Under the pieces are notes generated by a model. It was not told where the DNA came from. It did not search any database and saw only the letters and a program-made list of their open reading frames with translations. Positions 15,090 to 28,353 of a stretch of 64,000 nucleotides of DNA are shown piece after piece. Origin of the DNA: Trichinella spiralis (lineage: Eukaryota); the NCBI RefSeq assembly GCF_000181795.1, contig NW_003526945.1:3503116-3567115 (forward strand), written 5' to 3'. A program made the position numbers and the translations under genes. Numbering within the stretch: the first letter of the stretch is position 1; every line of letters begins with the position of its first letter.

Positions 15090-18000
15090 AAAGCAATCAT
15101 GCATGCAATCAAAATAATAATAAGAAGAAGCTGAAAATTTTCAACTGAAAATCAAACTAACACCACCTCGAAACAGCAGTTGCTTTTTTGTGGTTTTTCT
15201 TATATAATTTTCAAAACATGATCATTGAAATGCAAAAAAAGGAGATTTTAGCTTAAAAATATGCTTACCGACACAAGTTTTTCCATCGCTGTTCAACTGA
15301 AAACCGGGCCAACAACGACAATAGAACGTGCCGATTGTGTTACTGCAGTCGTGGTGACAACCTCCATTATCGACCAGACATTCGTTGATATCTTAAAAAT
15401 TTAAAAAAAAACCCGGTGAAAAAAAACCACACGAAAACAATGAACAATAAATTGAAATAATCCTAAATTAGCATACATGATGTTGAACAGACAGACAAAC
15501 TGTGAAGTGGAACGTCCCACTGTTCAACAATATACTCGTCTCTCATGACAACTTCAAAGCATCATTGCTGTTCTTTTGTTTTTCTTTTTCTGCTAATGAA
15601 TGAATATAAAGAACAGCTTGTTCTTTCCCCCTGTTATTCACATAAGCAGAAATTGTCAACTGAATTATAATATTTTTCTTTTCTTCCCAGCAAACAGAAG
15701 CAGAAGCAGAAAAAAAAGCAACCAATGTTGTTGTATTTTTTACATTGTAATTTTTATACTTTTTGTCGGCTAGTTCATTTTGTGATTCATGCATAGTTTT
15801 GTCATTATTCAACAGCTATCAAACGGCACAAGTGCATCAATTTGCTTGCTAATCAATGCAACGCGGAACAATAGATTGATATTCGTTCATTTTCTCTGCT
15901 GCTTCGTCTTCTTTGTGCGTTGAATAAACAACAAATCCACGTCTCAAATTTGAAAAGCTCAAGCGAAACTGCCAGCCGCCTGTGTTTTCTGTCTGCTTAT
16001 GGAAATTTATACACTTGAAAATTGTTCGCCGGCAAATTGCCCATTTTCAAACGCCGTTTTATTAATCAATTCTTTCGCTTGGATGTTGTAAAAATGACCA
16101 CCACCATTATTATCCAGTGCTGACCAACATAACAGACGAGACAGATCTGTGACATTTCAAAGGTGCAAAATTTCTCAACCATATGAGAGGCTTTGATCGC
16201 TTTCAAGTGGACGACAGTTTAATGGACAAGCTGAAAAGCAAGTCTGTCGTCGACCATATGCACACCCTGATAAACCAATTTGTACCAGGATGGAAACTTA
16301 TGGCGCTTACGCCATCTGTGCCACTATTTGCTACGGTTGCACTGTCGCAGATGGATTCACAGAGCTAGCTAACATTGACAAAAAAATAATCAACCTGCAA
16401 AAATCATACATGCATGCATCCATCTATCACTGATGTGGGCATAATCTTATACAAGAATACAATATACAACTATAGCTGACCAGAGAAAAAGAGAATGAGA
16501 GAGAGAGAGGTATAATATGAACTAGAGTGGTGTGGAAAAAATTCTTTTTTTTTTAAATAAAACTGTGAAGCCAATGCTCACTGACCTCAGTGAACAATAT
16601 AGGACTTTTGTAAGTGAACAGTGTCGCTGATTAACAGTCAAATTTGGTCACATTGTTCGTGTTGTTTCTTTTCGCCGGTTGTATTGTTGTGTCGATTGTC
16701 TAAGGTCAAAAATGCGCAGATGTGCATGCTGCTAGACCATCTTATCTACTATGCTTAAATCACCATTTATTTGAACTTGCATCGTTGGTCCCGTGAAAAC
16801 GGCTTGCGCAAAATTGGCAAAAAACAGAAAAAAAACACGATCACTTACCATACTGACATCTGGAACCTTGAAAACCGGGCGGACAGTCGCAGAGTCTTGC
16901 TGCAACGGCGGACGAACACGAACCTCCATTGTAACACAAATCGGTTGTACAATTGGCTGAAATTACACACAAATAAATACTGAAGCACGTAAAACAATAA
17001 TAATAATGATTTGAATATAAAAGTGCATGTAAAATATTTGAATTTGACTAACAGTAATGAACAGTTCCGTTGTCATTTGTCGGTGTAATAAATTTGCAAA
17101 TAAAGAAAAAGTGAATGCGAAGATTCTGTTTAACAATTGGATGAAAATGAGGAAAAAGCTGTTGAAGGTACTTTCGCAAACTGAAGAACGCGCCTAGGTC
17201 AAACAAGCAGCACACAATATTGGCCTTATTGTTAAGCGTCAGTTGGCGTTTGGCAAACTCTTGAACAACAACATTTGCTTTCGCTTTTTCAACTTCTCTG
17301 CATTATTTAAATCCACCGCCTCTTTTGGAACGTCACCACACCACTGCCTACGACTGACCGATAGACGACAATCTATCGAACCGACTGACCCATCCCCACC
17401 CCCTGCCCCTTCCCCTTCCCCTTCACTACCACCACAAATCTACTATGAAAGTGTCAACGATTCACAACTACAATCATTCACTGACAAATATTTGCCAATT
17501 GTCGCGGCCTAAGGACATAAGACGACAAACTTTCTAAAAATGGTCGAGTTCATCAGAGTCGAGTTGGTGTTCTGAATGAAAATGATTAAGTCCATTCTAT
17601 TGTCCAATAAGAAAAACCATTCCAATATTTCCCAAATTGTACATCTCATCATCACGGGGGTTCAAAATTTTGAAAAAAAATTAGCATATTTTCTCATTCC
17701 ATACATGTGAAATGCTCGTAAACAATATCAACTGAAAAAAGTGAATGTAAAAAAAATCCACAACAATCATTGCAATGAGATCTGTCAATGATTATGTTAT
17801 TTTTGTCTTCTTTTATATTTTCTATTCTGTATTCAATTCACATACCGCTGATATAAGCGATTAAGAGTTTGTAGTAATCATAGTGATATCATCATATTGC
17901 AGTAGTAGCAGTAGTAGTAGTAGTACTAGTTCGCTTTCAATTAATCGAACAGATATTAAAAAACTAAAAATAATTATGAACATCCGCTTTTGTGTAGCAA

Positions 18001-19438
18001 TGACAGACAGATGGAAGCTTAACAATTACCTAGATTAGACCCAGCAGCGGTATAAGCATTAGTTTGCATATACATGCATATATATATATACCGTTTCTAA
18101 TTTCATTGTTCATAACCGTCCAGGCTGAGCAGCGCATGGACCGAAAATGAACTGGGCGACCAGGTGCCCAATTCGCTGGTCCAGTGGACGAAAGCAAAAG
18201 GTGAGAGTAAAGATTAAGCAAAGTGCGAGGTCGACTGAGGATTATGGGGATCAAAAAGCCGCTGGCGATGGGATATTGAGCGGAAAAAAACAAAATGCTC
18301 TACATGCATCAATGGTAGATGGTCGTCGGGTGAAAGCGGAAGCAATGCCAACGCAACAGCGCAATCCGGTCGGCCCGGTGGGTCAATTGTCACTCATTTC
18401 ATTGCGGTAAGCTTGATGCGGGCCAGTCGTCAAAAAGTCAGCAAGCGTGAAAAGGCGACCCCAGGCGGCTTGCTTTCAATTATTATTATTTTTTATCCTT
18501 CCAACAGCGGCAGCTAGCCAACAGCGGATAGATATATGCACGACTTGGGCAAACTGAAACGGGTCAGCGGCCCTCCGTGGCAGTTCGACCGTCACGGTAA
18601 TTAATTCGACGACCGACCCTTGCCCTCGGCTATCGCGGTTCGGCTGTGCCTCAATTTCAGGCGGGCCATGGACAAAATTTACATTAATCAGCAGTGAAGG
18701 CGAATCCCTTCACTTTGTGCATCTTACAATAAATCATCGCCAACAACTAACGGGCAGAGGTGACAATAACTTTGGCCGAGAATAACGCAGTCTCATCACC
18801 TCTTGTGTAAAAATGATCCGAATACAATACTTACGTTTTGTACAACCTTCACCGGTCACCGGAAGCCATCCATAGCAGCATTTGTAACGGACATGACGCT
18901 CTTTGCGCTGTTTCGTTTTCACGGTTCGATAATAAATTGTTCTGCAAAAAAAATTTTATAAAAATACATAAACAAACATTTATGCATAATTTTTTGTTTA
19001 AAGTAAGAAAAACAAACAAATAACACTCACTTCGGCTCACTGATGACACACCAACGCTTCTGATGATCACAGTTTGGTTTCCACCGGCGAACATATCTCG
19101 TGTAAGCTTGAATGCAAGGCTCTTGAATAGTAACAACTTCAACTTCCTCGTGCGGACAGACATTCTTCCTAAAATGTTAACATAAATGAAATGTAAAAGC
19201 TGCTGAAATTCCAAATGGAAAAATATCCACATTGAAATGAAAACATCCACTATGATCAAATTGAATACATACACGCATACATACATACATACGTATTATC
19301 ACAACAAGAACTGAAAGTAAATAATAGCACTGCTTACATATCCGGCTTCAGCTCTTCAACTTCGAGCTCGACTGACCAGCTGGTTGTTAATAGACTAAAG
19401 AGAAAAAATAGCACAATCACCAGTCGATGGTGCATCAT
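4393..19438 (-). CDS. MEGF6: Multiple EGF-like domains protein 6 (MEGF6-like): secreted EMI + cbEGF + laminin-type EGF repeat protein, multi-exon
   Basis: Signal peptide exon 19338-19438 ([22 protein letters not shown]). EMI domain in exons ~19031-19168 and ~18834-18941 ([32 protein letters not shown]...WC...YKCCYGW). EGF exon ~16848-16957. Eight single-EGF exons, several calcium-binding type (D[IV]NEC), at ~15269-15391, 14599-14721, 13159-13284, 12119-12241, 11765-11890, 10971-11099, 10679-10801 and 10075-10197. Linker exon ~9650-9808. Many CxNGxxCxxxxGxCxCxxGxxGxxC repeats from ~9490 to 4525. Last exon 4393-4460 ends in TAA. No TM segment. Domain order matches the MEGF6 family. Confidence 0.9.
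6706..6782. repeat. (GA)n microsatellite in an MEGF6 intron
   Basis: About 38 uninterrupted GA units. Source of the spurious SLSL/RERE ORF translations. Confidence 0.97.
12048..12075. repeat. (GAT)n microsatellite
   Basis: Visible gatgatgat run in an intron. Confidence 0.9.
15051..15089. repeat. Compound (ATCC)n(ATCT)n tetranucleotide microsatellite
   Basis: atccatccatctatctatct... run in an intron. Confidence 0.85.
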
Positions 19439-22400
19439 CAAGCCGGATATGATCAACGACGACAAATCTAGTACAGTCAGCAGCGATCGCTGTTGAATAG
19501 TCGCTTGGCCAAAACGCTTGTAAAACATTTCCTTGAATAAATAGATCAATATCAGCATTCGAATACATACATGAGTGTTTGTATATTTATACACATACAT
19601 ATATGTATATATATGCATACATATTTATATCTATCTATACATATATACTATGCATAGGCATATATATATATATATCTTTCAATCTATATAGTTATACGTA
19701 TATAGACTTAGATATATATATACAGATATCACTACACACACACACACACATATATTTGTAGATATAGAGACGAATGTACTTGTTGTAGTGGTCTTCGTAT
19801 GGTTGATATGATTTCTTTTTGAAATTGCTTTTTCAAACCGACTGAGATAGTTTTCAACTGTTCGTTGATCAAGTGCTAGACAGATTTGTCGCTTTAACTG
19901 CAAAACGCCGACAAACGTAGTCAATTTCAACCAATCACAATCAACGAATAACAACGCCGCCTAGTGAGTGCACATCCGTCATACCAAAGTGACACCTGGT
20001 CGGCTAGTGCAATAGGCTGAGAAAAAAAAGAGAAGAGTTGTTTGTATCTTGCATTGTCGTATATTTTTGTGGAGAATAAATTGGAAATATGATAGAAGAG
20101 CAAACAGGAAGAAGAATAAAATAAAAAAAAAGATCAACCAGTGTCGGAAGGTCGGAAGGAGGAGTAGAACGGGATTCCGGAGGCGGGACGGATTGGAATA
20201 TAAAAGCCAAAGGCAAGGTCGACAGTGCGGCTGCTGTTCGACCGCCATCAAAACGATCGCTTCTTCCGACGACTCTATTATTATTCAACAACCGGGCCGG
20301 CTGGCAAACTGGAAGCTATCGATGCCTTGGTAGAAATTTAATCGAAAGGGGCATCTGGCGCCGGAATGCGACCCTGAGACCGGCTTGCAAATGCAATGTG
20401 GAGCCGTTGATGCGTACTTTCGGCTCTCAAACCGAAAATGGCATTCCTCGAGAGGTCAGCCGAGAACACCTCGGCCATCTCTTATCAACATTAAAGCAAC
20501 TTCAAAAAATCCAATTGCCAAATTCTCCTTGCTCTCCCTCTCCCTCTCTCTCCTTCTCACCACCTCTCAATTGCCATTTGAAAATTATCACTTGTTGGTT
20601 GGTTGGTGGTAATTTTTATCATTTTTCATTCTTCCCTTCTTTGATTTGTTTGTTTGTTTGTTTGTTTACTTCTTTTTTCAAAAAAAAATTCAACATAAGA
20701 TGATGCCATCATGGGCGGGGACATCGCCGGTGCCTGCTGAGAAACAAGGTTACATGCTTTTGGTTAAACTTCACAACGTGACTCACGAAAGCACGTTGCT
20801 CAACAAGGACACTGAAAAACATACACCGCAAGATATACATCAGTTGAAATTGAAAACAACAAACAAAATTAACATGATAAATGCATAAAATGCATGCAAA
20901 TATTAAAAATTAGCCATTAAAAATCAATAATAATTCGAATTGTCTATTGTTATTTAAAAAAAAGAAAAACAAATAGTCTGATTTGCAAAAGTGAAAAAAC
21001 AGTCACAAGCTATATAGCCAGAGAGTTTTGTTAGCGTAAATAGGTCTATAGTGGCGAACAGTAGACGGCAAGCTAAGCGCTAATCAAAATTACTTTTCCA
21101 GTCGAATTTTCCAAAATAATCTACAAAGTTGGCATTTCAGCACGGATGTTGCATAATTTTTTGCACGTCAATTAGAATAACGTTAGCATAAATGACAAGA
21201 AAAGAATAATTGTATATCTCTCTGTCTCGTTTGATTAGCAAAGCTTATTTTTATTGGGTTTTCAGTTTTGAAGCGGTTTGCAATTTGAGAAAATTGTGCT
21301 CATTGAAACTTTACACAAACTAGTTTATATCGGCAGAGCGTTGGGAACAGAAAATAGCTGCGTTGCGCAACTGTGAATGAAATGAAATTATAAAATTAAA
21401 TTAAAAGCATTCATTTGGCAAGCTGAAATTATTAAGCAGACGCGACAGACAAAGCAGATCGCGTGCGCTTTCACCGTCTTGTCACGATCAACTAACTTTA
21501 CCAGTGGAAATTATCCAAAAAAAAGAAAATACTTTTCTGTTGTAGCTAACAAGCTGAAGGGGATAAAAAAAATTATATTCATCCAACAGAAGAGAAGAAT
21601 GGATTTCGCAACGAAACAGAAAAGTGCTATCGTTGCCGTACCGAGTAAAAAAGATATATTATGTGTATCTGTCATCGAATAAAATAAATGCTTTAATAAT
21701 GAACATCAATATTTAGATAAGAAAATTGATGAACGTCTTTATGAATTATTTGACGCATTGATGCAATGTGTTTAAGAAGTTTACATATTAAGGTCAGATG
21801 AACCGGAATTTATCAGCATCTACAACAAATGGATATATTATACAGATGAATCAATTCTGGAAAATTAATGCTTTCCAATGACATTCAAAATGAGCCTCTA
21901 GCAGTGATAGTTTACACCTCCTGCACCCATAAAACTTTTCCTTGATCTCATTCAATAATTTTCTTCAATTGAACTGTCACATGTTCACACAAAAGTTTAA
22001 CCAAATCAAATAATTTACATTAAACACAATTCTTTTGCAAAATTTCTATTCTTAGATTATCATCACCGTGTTTCATCACCATTCATTGAATGAAAATGGA
22101 AAGTGATTTTATTTTTATTTCCGTGATTTTCAACACTGCAAATGCAAATGTACCGTATTTTTTTCTATTCTATGCTTATTTGATCAAGTGAACCATTGTC
22201 GGTGAAAAATGGAAAAGAATAACAGCTTAATTGCATCGTGATCACGGAAACTACCACTCTTGATTAGCATTTTCACTTGCGAAAGTGAAATAATAATAAT
22301 AATAATGATAATATAGGCGGTGAACGCGAATGAAATTTTGCGAAAATTGAATATGCCCAACAGTGATCATCCATTTTTGCGATTATGACTTATAGATCTG

Positions 22401-23569
22401 AAAGTGAAGAAATACTTGAGCACTTGAAATACTAAAAAGCCAACTGCTTTGTATATATATATATATATATATTAAAAGAAAAACGGAAATTCGCCTGTCA
22501 AAATGCGCTAATCGCTTTTCATCTGCCGCTATTGGCATTGGAAAAGTTGTTTCGTATTGGATTTTCGTTCAATCTTCTTTGACATGTTTTAAACAAGCTT
22601 CCGGTCAATTTTTGGCACCACGGATTTATTTTTGAAATTGCTCCCCACTCGATGCCGTTGCATATATATATATATATATATAATAAAGATATATGTACAT
22701 ATTGGCTTGTTTCATTATTGGAAAGCAACTTTGATCACAGCTACGTGAAATTGAATTAAACTAAGCTGCCAAAAATAGTGGAACACCAGTCAGTGGAGCT
22801 AGTCAAAAATACTGACGATGGATTTGTGCCAAACGTTGTCATTAAATATATGCATAAATAAAATGGAATATTTTGTTTTCAATTTCAATTCCGCTATAAT
22901 TCAGTTGTGCTTGTTGTTGCTTCAGCATTTTCATCAATGACGCATTCGCTAATAAAATGTCAAAATGCACAATTTCGTTATTTGAAGTAAAACAAATCTG
23001 AAGCAAAATTCTGCTTGCACAAACAAGCTTTTTTTCCCATTATTATTACATTATTATATACATATATATAATATGATACGTTTTTCTTCTCTTAGACAAA
23101 GATTCACCTGTTTGGTTGCTTTTGTCAATTGCAACAATAAAATGGCAACCGTCCTTGACATGTGAAATATTTTTTTACCAAATTTGGCAAAGATTACGAC
23201 TTTCTCATCGTATAAAAAAGCAATTCAATTCCAATTTCTAAACTAAACTAGAGCTCACCTTTCTCAAGTGGATAAAAATAAGAGAAAAAAAACAACATGA
23301 AATTAAATTAAATTAAAACGACCCAACAATTTTCCATTCATTTTCTCTTTATTGACTTTTTGCAGCATTAACGGTCAAAAGACGACGGCAGACACCTACA
23401 TCACCACCACCGTTTTCTGTAGTTGCTGTTCTTTTTTTTTGAATCTTGCTTTTCCCAAAGAAAAAAAATAACGAAATAATTTCATTACATCAACTGAAAA
23501 TGAATAGAATAATAAAATACTGCCCAATTGGAAGCTGCTTGTCAGTGATTGAAATGGAAGAAGAGAGAC

Positions 23570-24360
23570 AATATCCGTTGGTCAAAGGTCGAAAGCGGAC
23601 AATTTTGCTTTTCCCACTTTTTTTTCATCAAGATGGCATTCGTTCCCCCAGGTCCCCGAAGGAGAGTAAAGATGAGTTGCTGTGTATGTAGTTGGTAGGA
23701 ATTGGACAAGAGGTAGCGAGGCAGCTGGAAGTGGACAATGCCATTGAACAAGTGAATTGCGTCCACCAGAAGCGTCTGATTGAAAAGCCCAATGCTGCAC
23801 CAAGCCGAGGGGTCATCGTTGGACAATGAGTTGAAAAAGCAGGTGCCAAGCTGCAGGCGGAACTTGAAAACGACATTAGCTAGCCGCAGGTCAACACGAC
23901 AGTTAGCGGCCAGGCCCGGACCACATCAAACACATGCTCTGCCAGTCACTTGAGTTACAATACTGGTGTTGGCCAATTGGTCAATTCTTGGTCAGCTTTT
24001 CATGACGGGAATCGCATTTCGAAACAATTTTTCCTCCAATTTCGTCGGCCGCTTAGCGTGAATGACCCCATCATTAGCACCGTCACCGTCCAATTGACGG
24101 TCTGTCGAGAAATCTTTGCACAAAAAAAGAAAATAACTTCGACCTGCTGTGCAACGCCAACCCCCATCGAGTCATGGGCAATACGATCGGCTTCGCTGGT
24201 TCTTCACCAGTAAACAGACACACACACATCCATACACACAAGAATTAGCTAATTTCCAAGCTTCAAAAGCTGACGTCACATTTGGTCACATTTGGCCACA
24301 AAAACCGCGCCTACTGACCAGTATAATGGGATCATTTTTGAGGTCACTGCAACCAGGTGA
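23570..24360. promoter_or_regulatory. Candidate enhancer: relatively GC-rich noncoding island with clustered GGTCA/TGACC nuclear-receptor half-sites
   Basis: About 9 GGTCA/TGACC occurrences counted by eye in ~800 bp, including a DR1-like TGGTCAAAGGTCG at ~23579-23591. No spliceable ORF found. Confidence 0.35.
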
Positions 24361-24566
24361 CTTTTTAATGGATAATTCTATCCCCTCCTCTTGAAATGCA
24401 GAAGCCGTCATCGCCATACGGTGATTACAATTATAAAAAAAATCTAACGATAATAATGACAAAAGGTTCCGCTAATAAATTGCGCGCATCTGAGCGGAAA
24501 CGACCGACAAACTACCCTATCAAGCATGGGTTTTTGTGCTTCAACTGAGCGAAAAAAATTCAGCTA

Positions 24567-24568
<2 letters not shown>

Positions 24569-24598
<30 letters not shown>
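24569..24598. repeat. (CA)n microsatellite
   Basis: Visible acacac run. Confidence 0.93.
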
Positions 24599-24599
<1 letters not shown>

Positions 24600-25996
24600 A
24601 ATCTGAGCTCAATAACATCCACTACCTGCATTTTGCGCAATCGAAACAACCATCTGTGACGATGAAATAATAAAATTCACATTTGTATAATTTTTCACTT
24701 CACAAACAAAGAAAAAAAGGAGATGATCTATTTGAAATGAACGAAAAAATTATAAATTTAAAATATACTAACTTTTTATGCTTTTATCCAATTGAATGCG
24801 ATGATAAAATAATTAGAAGCTATTGGAATGCATTATTAATATCCATCTACCTGTCATTCGATGAATACTATACACTAAGACCAGGGAACAAGATGAACCG
24901 AAAAAATAAATAAAATTTCAATAATAATAAATTAATTAATTGATAAAATTAAATTCATCAAATTTAGAGGAGAATTGCAATTTTTCCGTTCATCATTTAA
25001 TAAAAAAATTGCAGTAGAAATGAGAAATACAATTATTTCGCACAATTTTCCAATCGACCATTTTTAATTGAGCAATTTCAATGGCAAAGTATTTTCTTCT
25101 TCTAAAAGTATGATTAAATTTGCGTAGTTTCATTAGCTTGGCAAGTAGTTTCAAAAATAATAAGCAAGCCACCGACAGCAACACAGAAAAATATACACTC
25201 ATTCAACTGTATATAATATCAAGGGGATGATATATCTTGTCGGCGATTTGCAATGTTGAATAGGCAAAAAATAATAATAAATAAATAAATCAATACAGTT
25301 TAAAGTTGCCAAATTGCAAGCCTGGCTGATTGAGCATAGACAAAATAGCGTTTCGTTGCAATTAATTTTCTCTGGATGCTGTCCGGCATTGGAAATGAAC
25401 TGATTTGATAATGGTCGAGATTGAAGTGGATGAAAAGCTCTCTTTATTTATTAAAGCTGAATTGATCAAAGATCAAACCCCCGGGCAAGATACGGTCGCT
25501 TTCAACGGCTTCACACTGAGACCCTCCACCAATCACCTCTTGTATCGCTCTTATCGCAAAGCTTATCAAGCTGAATCAAAGCACAATTTGGTCACTCTGC
25601 CGCCCCGATCCCCGCCGTGCGTTTTCATTAACATTATTAATATACTCAATGAAAATTCTAAGTCAAAAAGAAAAGACAAAGTATACACAATAAATTGCGA
25701 GCAAAATATTCCATTCACCAAAAATGTATATTATTTAATAACTGCTTCTAATTTAAAATAAAAATTATTCATAGAATAGAATTCACCACATACATAGCAG
25801 ATTTCATACCACATTACTATTCTTATTCTTTAATCAATAACGCAAAAGAAAATTTCCACTCCAAACAGAAATCATCATGCAAAAAGTAAATATATATATA
25901 TAGAAAAGAAGAAGTAACTATTAAATCGAAAACCAAACTAATAACCGTTACCAACAACCAATAATTGAGAAAGAAAAGAAAATCGCTTTTCCACAA

Positions 25997-28353
25997 CTAT
26001 TGCTTTTGATTAAATGTGAAAAAACAACCCCGATCAGAAAAATTATTATTATTACCAAATTTGAAGTTTGCAATTTTTCGCTTCTTTGCCGCTGAAGATG
26101 ATCTCTGGGACGCTTGATCATCCATAAATTCCGCCAACAAACCAAACGAACTCTCAGAACATGCTGGTGACGCATTTCCTGAAGCATTTGACATTTTTAA
26201 CAAAAAAGTATATTAAATTATTAAATATGAAAAAATCTGCTTCCTTGGTTACCAAAATTAGAGAAATTGGTGGACATGTTTTGCATATTATTGGTGTAGA
26301 CAAAACTGAGTTCGCTTTCCGTTTGAGTATTTTCATTTTCTTCAATTGACAATCCAGCAATAGGAGTTGCCATCATTTCCAACAAATCGACATTCTTTGC
26401 AACAGTTACATTCTTCAAAACGAAAATACGTCTCATCACAGCTGAACTGATAAATTTAAATCAATAATATTATAGCTATACGCTTTATATCAATCATTAT
26501 TTATCAATTTCTTCAGGCTTAACGGACTACAGTAAGACAAACTGTGAGATAAAAATCAGATGCAAAAATTTCCCCCCATACCTCCTCCACTGCACTGCCA
26601 GTGGAGATGTTGTCTTCGTTTTGAAATTCCATCAACTGCAGTGCATCTTTTTCTGCCGAAAATGTATTCTTTAAAAAATTTGGACCTACAAAAAATAGAC
26701 AATTGTTTCAATTCAATTAATTTATTATGCTAAAAAAAAAAGCATACCAAAAGATCCATTTTCAGATACAGACAAATTATCGTCATCCACAGCGTCGCAA
26801 TTGCCCAATTCTTGTTGTTCACATTGGCCCTGAAATATTTTCACCACGGTACAGAGCATGGGATGAGGGGGAAAAGAATCGCTTTTTCTCTCAATTATTT
26901 TAATAGCCAGTCGTCGTAAGCTTTACGCACTTGAAAACTGTCCGCGTCAACTTCCACAGGTTCAGCATACGACTGCTGCTGCTGCATCGGTGAGAGTCTG
27001 CTTGTATGCACATTTTTGACAATTTAGCCAGAATTTAAAAGCAACAATTAAAAATTGAAATTATACTTTTCAGGCTGCTGTTGGTCGAGCGTTTCCTGTT
27101 CCACCGGTTCATTCGCGCACTTCACGACAGAATCATTTTCTGACTAAATATCGAAAATTGCAAAACACTATTATTGAAAACTTATATAAAATACATATTT
27201 GAAAAGTAATTGCAAAATGATGCTTTTTGAACCTGAACAACAATATCCTGGTCACAGTTTTCACAATTCGCCATTTCAGCAGACAATTCTTCAACTTTAT
27301 CATGCAATTCCCCATTTTGCTTGTAGAAATTTGCAATTGTACAACACACCTTCACCCAATCATTAAAATTATCATATTCTAATAAAAAATAAATTTTACA
27401 TCACAATTCGTCACATATTATGCTACTGATAGAAATTACTTACTGTCGTGTGAAATATTCAACTGTTCTAAATAATTTTTCTGTTCCATTATTTCATCCT
27501 TCAAAGCGTTAATTTTTCCATTAATTTCCTTCGCAGCATCGAGCTTCTCTTTGTACTTCACGGCAAATTGCAATCCTTTTCTTGCGCAACGCAGTTGATC
27601 AACGTGATCAACAGTACTGTTCACGTTGTGTTCAAATGCATCCCTGAAAATTGAAATTGTCAAAATTCAATTCACAAATTATCATTTAAATTAAACAAAA
27701 ACAAATTACTTTCGACTGCTAATTTCTTTCTTGAGCGATGCCAATTCCATTTTTAAATGCTTTTTCTTATCTTTCAGCAAATAATACGTTTCGGCCATTC
27801 TGAAATTGTGAAATATGATTAATTCCAATTATGAACAACCCAACAATAGCCTACTTCGAATTAATTTGCTCTTGATGTTCAATCAAAGTTTGCATAGTAG
27901 CTTGACGCTCCGTCAGAATATCATCCGATGCACGAATGTTCTGTACAATTGCTTTCTGTTTCATCAAATAATCCTTTGCTTCTAAAATTCAACTCATCGA
28001 ACTGTATTAATAAAATATTCCTCATTTTTCACTGAATATTATTTCAAGTTTCAAAAAAGATGAATTCAAACTGTTCTACTTGAAAATTTCTATCTATCTC
28101 TCTGCGTGAACAATGATACCGAAAACTTGTTGGTCAAATATTAAATCTACGATAAAAAAGAATATTTCATACTTTTGCCATCTTCCCTTTTCTTTTCAAT
28201 ACAATAAAATACATATTCAATTTGTCGCTCTAAATAAATAATATAAAAACCAATTCATAAGTAAGTGTTTAAAATGTTACCTTTATCAGTAATTTGCTGT
28301 TCAATGCTTTCCAGAGCATCACACACCTTTTCGTTTTCATTACTTTCAGTCAT
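25997..28353 (-). CDS. Uncharacterised ~400-aa protein: N-terminal coiled coil, acidic disordered C-terminal half with Phe clusters and a KKRK motif
   Basis: About 11 short exons, mostly frame-compatible GT/AG: 28281-28353 (MTESNENEKGVCDALESIEQQITDK), ~27855-27980, ~27710-27798, ~27443-27643 (DAFEHNVNSTVDHVDQLRCARKGLQFAVKYKEKLDAAKEINGKINALKDEIMEQK), ~27233-27320, ~27067-27143, ~26931-26997, ~26748-26829, ~26582-26685, ~26253-26395 and 25997-26178. The 3' end is less certain. Confidence 0.7.

Noticed and set aside
16586..16700. Cryptic AG...GT-bounded exon in an MEGF6 intron
   Set aside because: It has an in-frame stop and no EGF pattern. A poison exon cannot be supported without RNA data.
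21540..21930. Coding-like + strand stretch upstream of MEGF6
   Set aside because: Interrupted by stops, with no recognisable homology.
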